From the NCBI GenBank assembly GCA_033442325.1, contig JAWQFM010000022.1, positions 310,001 to 374,000 of the forward strand: a stretch of DNA of 64,000 bases, read 5' to 3'. The notes under the pieces were generated by a model. That model searched no databases, was not told where the DNA came from, and saw nothing but the letters and a program-made list of their open reading frames with translations. Positions 1 through 23,192 of this stretch are shown piece by piece (position 1 is the stretch's first letter; each line of letters opens with the position of its first letter). Origin of the DNA: Salpingoeca rosetta (lineage: Eukaryota; Protista; Choanoflagellata). Position numbers and translations under genes: made by a program.

Positions 1-121
1 TTTGTTTACTTTCGTCTTTGACATCAACACGTATCCATTACACAAGTCATCAACAAGAGGAAACGCAACTCAAGCGCATCAATCCTGTGACAGAACCCCA
101 CACAACCTCCTTCCCTTCATC

Positions 122-180
<59 letters not shown>

Positions 181-229
181 CGCACAGTGCTTCATGGGAC
201 GGCTTGCCTAGTTGCATTGTGCTGGGGAC

Positions 230-3646
<3,417 letters not shown>

Positions 3647-3861
3647 CGTTGCGCTTTGGCTTTTTTGTTTGTGTTGCGTTGGCGTGTTGTGGGAAAATTG
3701 GACGCACCACCAACAAATCGCCAGCACCTGGTGTCCTCCTCCAAAGCAAGACCGAAACAGCAGCGGACACTGGGCTGCTGCGTCTTGCAGCCACTTACAT
3801 TGATGTGACAGCACACGGATACAAGGCAGACATCTTTGTAGTGTGAGCAGGCAACGGCGTG
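3647..3861. promoter_or_regulatory. Putative bidirectional promoter between the MFS and riboflavin/lumazine synthase genes
   Basis: Divergent ATGs at 3646(-) and 3862(+), 215 bp apart; no core promoter motif identified. Confidence 0.5.
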
Positions 3862-5604
3862 ATGTTCACCGGCATTGTGGAAGAGATTGGCACGGTCGTC
3901 TCCCTGCAGACCGACCAGGGTAGGTGCAGGGTGCATGTGTGTGTGTGTGTGTTTGTGTTCGTGTGTGTGTGTGTGTGTGTGTTTGTGTTCGTGTGTGCAT
4001 GTGTGTGTTTTCGTGTGTGCATGTGTGTGTTTTCGTGTGTATGTTTGTGTGTATGTTTGTGTGCATGTGTGTGCATGTGCGTGTTTTCGTGTGTATGTTT
4101 GTGTTGTCGTGTGCATGTTTGTGTGCATGTGTGCATCCTCTCGTCACTTCCCTCACACGCACAGTTATATCACCCCCCCCCCCAAACACACACACACACA
4201 CACGTTTTTTTTCTTTTGCTAGAGGTAACGCTGTGGGATGGCCGAAAGGGGAAAGCAACGGTGCTGGTGGTTCAGTGCAGTGAGCAGGTGCTGGGCGGCG
4301 CATACATTGGCTGCAGCATTGCGGTGAACGGCGTGTGCCTGACGGTGGTTGCGTTTGAGACTGATGCCGCCAACACTGAAGCCGCCAACACCTTCACCGT
4401 GCATCTGGCGCCGGAAACGCTGCGCAAGACCAACCTGGGCCTGCTGCGAACCGGAGATGGCGTGAACTTGGAGCGTGCACTTGCAGAGGGCGGGCGCAAC
4501 AGCGGCCACAACGTGCAGGGCCACGTGGACGGCACGGGCGTCGTGTTCTCCCGAGAGAACGACGGCGAGGCGCTCAAGATGGTCATCCGCGCTCCACCGC
4601 CCTTGATGAAGTACATTGTGCCAAAGGGGTTCATTGCCGTGGACGGCACGTCGCTGACGGTGGTGGACGTGGACCGCGAGCAGTCCACCTTCTCCTTTAT
4701 GCTCATTCCGCACACGCAGTCCGCAGTGGTTCTGCCGCGGCGTCTTGTCGGCCACCAGGTCAACCTCGAGGTGGACGTCACTGCAAAATACGTTGAGGCC
4801 CAGCTTCAACAACAGCAACAGCAGCAGCAGCAGCAGAAGACAACGTTGGGTGATGATGCAGCCCCACATGCTTCAGACCAAAACACACCAGCAACAGCGG
4901 GTCAAGGCAGCACAGGCCACAGTGGTGACGGCAACAACGGCCGTAGCAGCAGCAGCAGCAGTGCGAACGCGCCAACCGTGACCGCGGATGCGGAGATGGC
5001 GGCAATTTCTTCACAGACGGAACGCGGGCGCACGGTGCACGGCGCCGGACTGCGTGTGCCGTTGGGCGTGGACACGAGCACGTGCAGGGTGGCCATCGTC
5101 AAGACATGCTGGCACGACGAGCTGATTGGCGTCATGCGGGACAAGTGCGTGCAGCGCCTGCTTGATCGTGGCGTGCAGCAGTCCAACATCACGGAGGTGG
5201 CGGTGCCCGGATCCTTTGAGCTGCCGTTTGCCGTGGCGTCCCTGCTCTCGCGCAAGCAGCAGACAGGCAGCAGCAACATTGGTGCTGATGACGGTGGTGA
5301 AGACGACGGTGCAAATGATGGTGCTGCTGATGGTGCTGCTGATGATGATGGCAGTGCGTTTGATGTTGTGATTTGCATGGGCATCCTGCTGAAAGGGGGC
5401 ACCATCCACATGGAGGTGATTGCCAACGCCGTCACGCCGGCCATCATGGACCTGCAGCTGCGCACGGGGGTTCCCATTGTGTTTGGGGTGCTCACCACCC
5501 TCTCCATTGAGCAAGCGAGCGAGCGCGCGCACAGCGCCCTGCCAGAGAGCTGGGCAGACTCCGCCATCAGCATGGCCGCACACAACTTCTCCCGAAACGT
5601 CTGA
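3862..5604 (+). CDS. ribE-ribH: Riboflavin synthase (alpha-chain type) fused to 6,7-dimethyl-8-ribityllumazine synthase
   Basis: Exons 3862-3919 and 4223-5604. The N-terminal half has MFTGIVEEIG, SIAVNGVCLTV, PETLRKTNLG, VNLERAL, GHNVQGHVDGTG, KGFIAVDGTSLTV and VNLEVD (riboflavin synthase). After a Q/S/G-rich linker come RVAIVKTCWH, VPGSFELP, GILLKGGTIH, GVPIVFGVLTT and EQASERA (lumazine synthase). Both halves lie in one exon with no stop between them. Confidence 0.93.
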   Translation: MFTGIVEEIGTVVSLQTDQGRCRVHVCVCVFVFVCVCVCVFVFVCACVCFRVCMCVFSCVCLCVCLCACVCMCVFSCVCLCCRVHVCVHVCILSSLPSHAQLYHPPPQTHTHTHVFFLLLEVTLWDGRKGKATVLVVQCSEQVLGGAYIGCSIAVNGVCLTVVAFETDAANTEAANTFTVHLAPETLRKTNLGLLRTGDGVNLERALAEGGRNSGHNVQGHVDGTGVVFSRENDGEALKMVIRAPPPLMKYIVPKGFIAVDGTSLTVVDVDREQSTFSFMLIPHTQSAVVLPRRLVGHQVNLEVDVTAKYVEAQLQQQQQQQQQQKTTLGDDAAPHASDQNTPATAGQGSTGHSGDGNNGRSSSSSSANAPTVTADAEMAAISSQTERGRTVHGAGLRVPLGVDTSTCRVAIVKTCWHDELIGVMRDKCVQRLLDRGVQQSNITEVAVPGSFELPFAVASLLSRKQQTGSSNIGADDGGEDDGANDGAADGAADDDGSAFDVVICMGILLKGGTIHMEVIANAVTPAIMDLQLRTGVPIVFGVLTTLSIEQASERAHSALPESWADSAISMAAHNFSRNV

Positions 5605-5855
5605 CTGCACACGCGTGGTGGTTGTGTGCACGTGTGTCGGTGCATGTGTGTAGTTGCGTACTTGCGCGTGTGCTTGTTTGATTGCTTGGCTGATGGTTGT
5701 TGTTACATTACACATTACATTGGTGGACGATGGGATTCCGATTTCTGCGTCTCATTCATTCGGGGGGTATGACTCGATGGTTAAGCTGAATCAGCATGCA
5801 AAGCAACACACACACACACACACATGCAAACATGGGCAGGGAAAGTGAAGCACAC

Positions 5856-5888
<33 letters not shown>

Positions 5889-5919
5889 AGAGAGTGCAAA
5901 TCAATCTTCAGTCCACGCG

Positions 5920-8687
5920 TCACAGGCGCTTGCTTCCGCTCTGGCGCGTCTTGCGCCGGCGCGAGAGGGAGAGCTTGCCCTTCTTGGCCGAGGAGTGCGG
6001 CGACGACACAGACACGTCCTGCACAACCAACAACACCGCAACGCACATCAATTTCCCGTGAGTGGGGAAGAAGAGGCAGGCATGGTGTTGTTGATGCAAG
6101 CGAGCGAAGGCACGTGGGGACGCGGCACTGACCGGCGATGGTACTGCTGCTGCGAGGGGACTTGCCTGCGCAGACGCGCTCTTGGAGCTGGTGGTAGTGG
6201 GTGGCGGAAGAGGTCACAGGTGGTGGCATGAGGGGTGGTGAGGTGGGATGGTGAGGCGAGATGAGGACGCAGGTAAACAAGCGCATGCACACACACACAC
6301 ACAACACACACACACACACAACACACGCACATACTCACCCTGTTGCCGCGCTGCGCTGTCGGCGCTGTTTGGGCGAGGGCGTCCTCATGGCTGCAGCCGC
6401 ATGTGCCGCTGCTCGCGTTCGCGGTGGCGACAACCGCACCTCATCCTCCTCAGAAATGCTTGCGTGCATTGTACGAGACGACTGCTGCTGCTGCTGCTGC
6501 TGTTGCCCTTGCTCATCCCCACCACCTCCACCACCGCGTTCACCGCTCTCGTCGTGATCATCATCGCCGCCATCACCATCACCGTGAATCTGCTCCTGCT
6601 TGCTCTGCTTGTCCTGCTTGCTCTGCTTGTCCTGCTTGCTCTGCTGCTTCCTCTTCCGTTCAGGGCCGTCTTGGTTAATCTCCATCTTGTCGCCATCACC
6701 ACCGACAGGACCGCTTGCGCTCTCGCCTTTGACCGCCTCGGTTGTCGTCGTCTCTGTGCGCGTGGCGTTGTGCGCGCCAATGGCAGGGATGCAATCAAGA
6801 AACTGCTGCCACGTCAGCGTCTTGTCCTTTGAAATGCCAGCGAGCGGATCAGCCACCGCCTTTGTCCCCGCTGTAGTTTTGCTTTCGCTGGTGGCGGTTG
6901 TGCTGCCCGCCTGCAGCTTTGCCCGCGCCTTTGTTGACGTCGATGCCTCCGAGGACGACACGAGCACAAAGTCCACATCATCCGCAGACACACCATCCCC
7001 ACCACCTCCCTGCAGCAGCAGCTGCTGCTGTTCAGCTTGCTTTGCGGGCGGGCAGGTGCCTGGCAGCAGCGTGCCATGTCCGTACGTCTCCACGAGCGCA
7101 CGCGCGTTGTTCTGCTTCTCTGCGCGAGCGCGCGCAAAGCCGGGCGAAAACACAAAGCGCTTGTTGGCAAACGGGCGAGACGCAAACGACTCTCCGTACC
7201 CGTCCTCGGGCAGCAGCCTGCCCGCCTTGAACGAGTCAACCAGCCATGCGCTGGACACCAGCCAGCGCCCTTCCAGCGTGGCTGCAAGCACCTTGAGCGT
7301 GCGGCACGACTGCGGCGCCACCACGTGCGTGATGTCGTCACTGAAGTTTGCGCCGCCGTGCACGCGCGCGCCGAGCTGCTTGGCGTAGTCCACGAGCCGC
7401 AGCTTGTCGTCGTTTGTGTACCCGGCCAGCTTTGGGCGGAAGCCGCTCAAGCACACGCACACTGCCCTCTGCTGCTTCTGCTTCTGCTTGTTTTGCTGCA
7501 CAGCTGCAGCCTTGTGCTTGAGAGCCTTCTCGCTGCTGTTGTTGTTTGCACCACTGTCGTCTTCATCCTCGTCATCATCCAGCACCACAATGGTCTCGCT
7601 GTCCTGCGCTTTGCTGGCGGTGGCAGCAGGTTTGCTTGCTGCCTTGCGGCTCTTGCTGCCACGCACGTCCATCTTGCCTGCTGCTGACCCCGCCCTCTGC
7701 TGCCGTTCTTGCTCTTCCCCCAACTGCGCCTCCTGCCGTTGCTGCTCCTGCCGTTGTTGCGCCCCCTTGTCCTCCTCCTTCCCCTTGTCCTTCCCTTTCT
7801 TCTTCTCGGCCTCTTTCTCCTCCTCCTGTCCCTCCTGCTCATTGCGCTCACCCTCCCTGTGTCTGCGTGCATCGCTGCTTCCTCTTCTGCTGCGCCGCCG
7901 CGGTGATCGCGACCGCCGCCGCTCTTTTGCTGCTGCCGCTCGTCGTCGCGTCTTCGGGCCCGGAGGCGATGGTGAACACGACCCATCACCACCACCGTCG
8001 ACATCACCGCCTTCACCATCGTCACCCACGCTGTCGGCGTGGCTGTCGTTGTGGTTGTGCTCACCATCAACAACACCATCACCACCATCACCATCATCAC
8101 CATCATCACCATCATCACCACGACCGGTGCGGCGGCCCCGCCTCTCCTGCGCCAAAATGTCCTCGGTGCCAAAGCGCTTGAGGCGCTTGCTCGGGGTGGC
8201 CCGCTTTGCCTGCGTGTCCAGGCCCATGTCCATGTCGTGGCCTCCGCTGCTGCTGCTGCCGCCGCTGCTGTCCTGCCCATCTTCGCCACTGCCACCCCCG
8301 CCACCACCACTACCACCACCACCACCATCATCGTTGGTGTTGATGCTGTCGGTGTTGTTGTCGTGCTGTGGCATGCTGTCCTCTTCGGACGTGACCATGT
8401 TCTCCAGCTCGTGCGAGTCCTGCTCAATCTTCGCTCGCTTCTTGGCCTGCTCACCGTTGCCGTCACCTTCATTCTGCTCATCACGGGCGCCTGCTGTTGC
8501 CGCTGTTGTTGGTGCCGGTGCTGCTGTTGCTTCTGTGTTGGGCAGATCAGCCCACACAGATGGCTTGCTGCAGCTGGTCTTGGTGTTGGTGGCTGAGTTG
8601 GTTGTGGTGGTGGTGTGCTGCCTGTGTTTTGGCTTGGATGATCGTGTGTGCGTGGAGGCATCAGTTTGAAAGTCGTCATCGTCATCG

Positions 8688-8746
<59 letters not shown>

Positions 8747-10099
8747 ATTGTTGTTGTTGTTGCTTCGATCATGTGTATGATCATCACCAGTACCAGCAGC
8801 AACAACAGCGGGTGCCTTGGTAGCGTCCCCACGATTGGCGCGACCACCGCCACTGCTGCCCTGCGCTTGGTCGTCATCAAGGGCGGTTGGGCCTTGATGT
8901 TGCAGCATGGAGAGCAGCGTCGCCCGCTTCTCTGCGTCGTCCCGCGCCCGTCGCAGCTCCGCCACCTCTGCCGCCGCATCCTTCAACGCCGCCCGCACAC
9001 TGGCCATCCTCTCCTCCAGCTCGCCCTTCTCCGTCTCCAGCGCGATTAGCGAGTGCTCGCTCACCCGCTGCTGCGCGCACGCCTCCTCCGCCTCCGTCTG
9101 CGCCCTGGCCAGGGCGTCGGTGAGCCGCGTCACTTCGCCCTCCAGCCGCTCGCTGCGGGTGGTGGCTGTCGCCACAGCAGCGCTGAGCTCGCGTGACTGC
9201 GCTGCCGCTGCCTGCACCTGTGCCCGCAGGTCGTCCACCAGCGACGCCTTTTCCTTCTTTGCCGCCATCGCCTGGCACGCGGCCCGCGCACACGCCCCCA
9301 GCACAGCCAGCACACCGCCCTGCTTGTTGTCACCGCTGTCGACGGTTGTGGCGTGTGTGGCATCCGCGGTCTCGCCGTTGCTATCGCCTTTGCTGTTGCT
9401 GTTGCTGACGCTGTTGTTGTTCGTCGTGGTGTCGACACCGAGGGTGGTGGCGATGGCGTGAACGTGCTGGCGAATGGCGCGAATGTGCTCGTCATGCTCA
9501 CGTCGCACGCGTGCAACCTCCTCCTTGTGTGTCGCTGTGAGTGCGTCCAGCCGTGCTGCCGCTTCCTCCCTGGCCGCCGCTGCTGCCGCCTGCTGTGCCG
9601 CCTCGAGCGCGCTTGCGTGGGCGGTGCGCAGCTGGTCAACCTCTGCAGCGTGCTCCTTCGCCAGGCTGTCCCGCATGTCTCGCTCCGCACGCTGCACGGC
9701 TGCGTTGTGCTCCTGTTTCAACGCGGCCACGGCCTGCTCGTGCTGGTGCGTCAGTGCCGTGATGGCGGCTGCGTGCTCTGCTTTCGTGGCCTCCGCCTGC
9801 TGCCGTGCGCGGCTCACATGCTGCTTCTCCTCATCAAGGGCGCTCTGCACACCGGCCAGCTGTGCCTTGAGCGCCTGCACCTGCTCCTCTGCTGTGCGGT
9901 TTGACGTGCGCAGGCGTTTCAGTTCCTCCACCGCACGCGCAACAACGCCGTCCACCTCGCCCGTGCCGATAGTGGCAGCTGCAGTGGCTGTGGCCTCCTT
10001 TGCTGCGCTTGCCTGCACACGTGTACGTGTGAGTTTGCACGTGTGAATGTGTAGGCGTGTGTGTGTGTGAAGTTCGAAAACAAATATCATCTGAGCGCC

Positions 10100-10163
<64 letters not shown>

Positions 10164-10526
10164 NNNNNNNNNNNNNNNNNNNNNNNNNNNNNNNNNNNNN
10201 NNNNNNNNNNNNNNNNNNNNNNNNNNNNNNNNNNNNNNNNNNNNNNNNNNNNNNNNNNNNNNNCACCCCACGTACTAGCCCCGGTAAACGAATTTTTATT
10301 AAATAGCGATTGCCGTGCTAGCAATGTATGGAACCCCGGGCCTGGATGGCTGCCAGGCCGCAGGTTGTACGGGGGAGCGTTCCGGGATTCTTATTAGCAC
10401 GTACAACGCCCAGGCGTTTTAATTACTAGCCAGTACGTAAGGGTTGGTGTTATCAATCGCGCAACACCACCTTAATTTTCTCAGGGCCTCACTTTTTTTC
10501 CCGTAAAGTCAATCCAGTACCCGCGC

Positions 10527-10591
<65 letters not shown>

Positions 10592-12195
10592 GATGTATGC
10601 TTCTCCTCTTGCACATGAAGCACACACAAATCAAAACAACGGAACATCACCTTGAGAGTGGCGAGGGCCTGCTGGATGGCGGGCGGGAGCGGCAAGTCGC
10701 GCGCATCCGTTTGTGTGCCGACGGGAACGACATCGCACGTTGCCTGCATGCATGCATGGGCGGTGCCTGTGCGCTGCATGGTGTGCGGGTGGTGCTCCTC
10801 CAGCCACGCCGCGCTGTCGCTGTTGGCGGTGACGGCCTTGAACAGCGCCGTGGTCGTGTGCGTCAGCTGCCGCAGTTCGCTGCCAGCGGTATCCAGGCAC
10901 TTGAGCGTGGTGTCCAGCTCCTCCTGCAGCTGTACCTCATCCACCATCTTGGTGTTGCTGGTGTTGTTTTGCCTCGTCAGCTTGCCGTCAGCAACGCTGC
11001 TGCCACCATTCGCTTGTGCACGTGGCGCTCCCGACGCACAAGCGGGAGTTGCAGTTGTGGTTGTCGTTGTTGCCGTTGTTGTGGTCGTGGTTGTGGTTTT
11101 CGTTGTGGAGGTGGTGGCAATATGCACGGCGTGCGTACGCACGCGCTTGGCGAGGTTGTGGAGGAGTTGGAGCAGGCTTTGGGGGCTGGACGGGGCCAGT
11201 TTGCTGTTGGCGGCAGCGGTTGCTTTGGCCAGCGCCGCCTTGAGTTGGCGCACGTGCGTGCGGGCGGCGTTGCGCTCCTGCCGCAGGCGCTGTTCCGTGG
11301 ACCGCTGCTGATCAAAGATGCCCTTGAGATGGTCAATGACTTGCCCCGTCAACACTTGGTCATCCGCCTTCTGCGACAGCATGCTGTCATAGTCGTCCTC
11401 GTCCCCTACACATCCACCTTCGTTGCCTCGTCGAGGGTCCTCTTGCCCCTGCTCTTGCTCGCCACCCACCACCATTACCACGCCGCCGTTCTCCATGCCT
11501 CGCTTCTCGCCCATCAAGCGTCCACTCTCACCGACCTCCTCCATTTCGTCCTCATCCTCCTCCTCGCCATCTTCCTCGTCTGGCCCGCTGGTGTCTTCCG
11601 GCAGCACTACAGAGACGCTGCCTATCGTCACCGTTTTCCTGGCACGCTGCCTCACCTGCTTGATGGCTGTTTTCAGGCCCATCACGTGGCCGTCTGTGGT
11701 CTTGGCATGGGTTTGCCCATCCTCTGCCTCTCCATCTCTTTCGTCTCTTTCGTCTGCTTCGTCGTCGTCTTGCGTGTCTTCTCCGCCATTCTCCACATGC
11801 TCAGTGTGCTGCTCCGTGTCTTCCTCCTGCTCCTCCTCCTCCCCATCTTCCTCATCCCGAGGGGAATCAATCACCATCTGCACATCACTGTCGTGCTGCT
11901 CTTGCTGGTGCTGGTGGTCTTGGTGTTGCCTGTGGTGCGCTGCTCCATCCCCCAGGTCCCCCAGGTCCTCCTCTTCTCCTTCTTCTGCTGCTGTTCGCTT
12001 GCCGGCACCACTTCCCATCTCACCCGCACTCGGCTGCTGGTGCTGTGGTTGCTGGTGCTCGTCATCCTCCTCCTGGTATGAGGCGAGAATGTCTTCCTCT
12101 TCTTCTTCTTCTTCTTCCTCATCTTCCTCCACATCCATGTCCAGCAGTTGCGACTGCTCAATCATCGTGGGCGACTCGCCCTCTTCCTCGGCCAT
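5920..12195 (-). CDS. Large acidic/coiled-coil protein with C-terminal tandem BRCT domains
   Basis: Exons 12195-10651, 10012-6339, approx. 6187-6133 and 6018-5920 join in compatible phases (...LATLK|ASAAKE...RSAATG|SKSASA...VPSP|DVSVSS...SKRL*). BRCT1 reads CLSGF...AKQLGARV...ITHVVAP...RTLKVLAATLEGRWLVSSAWLVDSFKAGRLLPEDGY; a degenerate BRCT2 reads PFANKRFVF...LTWQQFLDCI. Intron 1 spans an N-gap, so hidden exons are possible. Confidence 0.78.
10164..10263. other. Assembly gap
   Basis: Run of N. Confidence 0.99.
10264..10473 (-). other. Candidate structured element (ncRNA, MITE-like element or foreign sequence) in intron 1 of the BRCT gene
   Basis: 15-bp helix 10266-10280/10428-10442 (11 Watson-Crick pairs plus 4 that are G.U only on the minus strand) encloses hairpins 10309-10325, 10339-10359 and 10364-10407; a further hairpin lies at 10445-10469. 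Confidence 0.35.
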
Positions 12196-12906
12196 GGCTT
12201 GTGTCTTGCTGAACCCGCCTCAGTGCAAACAAGCTCGATATCAACTGCGACTGCTGCACTGCTGTCGTGGCTTGTTGGCTTTGTTACAAGGCGAAAAATG
12301 AGCCCGCTTGCTTGCTTGCTTGCTTGTTGCACGCTTGCACTGACAAACGCCGCAGCACGTTCCATCTTGTTTGCTTGCTTGCTTGCTTGCTTGTTCTGCT
12401 TGTTGGGCGCGCCGTTGACACTTGACGGACAGAACACGTTCAAGCAGACTCCACTGCAACGTGTTTATGCATGTCAGCGAGCGAGCGAGCGAGTTGTGTT
12501 TGTTGCTTGTGGAAAAATAAGTTTTTTGTGTGATGGAATGATTCAATGCATGTTTATGGGGCACAAACAAAAACAAAACACAACAAAACAAAACGCGAGA
12601 GGAAGGGAACATCCATCCACCCATCCACCGCTCGATGAGTTTGTGAAACAAACAGGACAACGAGAAGGACAAAAGCCAGAGAGATAGAGAGATACCCTCC
12701 ACAGCAGAGCAGAAGAAGCAACAGCACGAATACAGCAAGCAAGACAGCAAACAAGACAGCAAGCAAGAACACACGGTTCCCTCCACTCACCCACTCTTTC
12801 CTTCACACTTTCACACTTTCATCTTTCACAGCTTCACACAAAGACACAGCACAACGCTCGCCACTCGCTGCGCTGCGAGGGTATCGGAGGGATCTCCTTC
12901 AGTCCT

Positions 12907-17922
<5,016 letters not shown>

Positions 17923-17932
17923 CTTGCTCAGT

Positions 17933-17981
<49 letters not shown>

Positions 17982-18957
17982 GCGTGTGTGTGTTTATGTG
18001 CGTGCGTGTCGTTTGTTCTTCAACAGAGGAGTCGCGACCGTCAACACAAAGTCAACAGAAACACTGGAATTGGCACAGCGTCTGCGTCAGCTTCCCTAAC
18101 AACCTTACAACCGAGGCGAGCAATCAAATGAAGCAAATACGTGAGGGAATGCTGCGTGTGCGTGTGTGTGTGTGTTGTTCGTGGTGTTATGAGGGTGTGT
18201 TGTGGCATGACATGAATGGCGCGAAGACGAGCACCAGAAGAAAACGAGAAGAGAAAGGAAGACAGGAGCACGCAACTCATGCTCAAAAGTACGAGACGCC
18301 AAATAAACAGTGAGGTTCTTCACGTCAGTACGTCGTTGTGCTGGTTGCAAGAAGGGATCAGGACAGAGAGTGAACCTGTAAACGAACCTGTGCTTGTGGT
18401 CGCGGTAGTTGGGGGTGTGGTGCAGGTGACTGGCTGGCTGGGTTTGTGTTGTTTTGGTTGTTGTGTTGTTTGCCCTCACTTGCCGAATTTTCACGACCAT
18501 CTTCATCCAATCCTCCACAACACCCAAGCCTGCAGGCAATTCCTCTGGCTGGCTGTTTTGCTTCGTTGGCTCGATTTGGATGGTGATGGTGATGGTGTTG
18601 TTGGTGGTGGTGTTGACATTTATGTACTTTGCTTAGCTGCTCGCTTGGTCTGTTGGGTTGTTTAGTCCTCTTGCTCTGCTTGTTGTGGACAAAGCAAGGA
18701 GGATGACGGAGAAGACAATGTTCATGCGACAAAAAAAAAAAAAGAAAAAGAAAATGTGAACATAACACCAAGAGACTTGGTGTCTACTGAAGCTCACACG
18801 CAGCGCAGAAACTTACATACCAACAAGTGCGACTATTATTGTTCAGCACCCTTCCTCTTCACGCCACACACACACACACACACACATACAGTACATCTCT
18901 TTTTTTCTTTGTTCTATCTCTGTCTCTCTCTCCTCTCTCTCTCTCTCTCTCGGCAGC

Positions 18958-22578
<3,621 letters not shown>

Positions 22579-22709
22579 TCTCAACAGTCCTTGCTTTTTC
22601 TGCTGCACAGCGTGAAGGCGGAGATGTGATGCATGGCTGAGTGAGTGGATGGGCTTGTGAAGCCAAGAAGCCAGCAACACAGAAAGCACTCGTTGTGACG
22701 ACCAAACCA

Positions 22710-22858
<149 letters not shown>

Positions 22859-23192
22859 AACACACACATACACACACTCAACCCTGCACTCAACAACGGA
22901 ACCAACAGCCTGCTCAGCAACGACTTCTTCTTGTTGCTTGGTTGTGCTTGTTGTTTGGGCTGTTGTTGCGAGTTCTGAAGATTTGTGGGTGTGGGCGTGA
23001 ATATTCTTTCACAGCGTTTGCCTTGTCTCGTGTGTTGTGGTGTGAGCGGACATGCTGTTGTCGCTGCGTCGTGCTGCTGTTGCTGTTACATCTCACTGCT
23101 GTTCTTCTGCTTCTCAGCTTCGCTTATCAGCGCCGTCGCCGCTGTCCTCGCTCTGCTTTTTACCGCCCTCATCGCTACGTTGCTCTTCCAGT

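Noticed and set aside
3647-3861. FMN riboswitch upstream of the riboflavin synthesis gene
   Set aside because: No RFN consensus segments visible in the spacer or the intron
17930-18950. Short ORFs between KATNAL2 and the orphan gene (e.g. 18105-18539)
   Set aside because: No consistent start, splice chain or recognisable motif; more likely UTR or intergenic sequence
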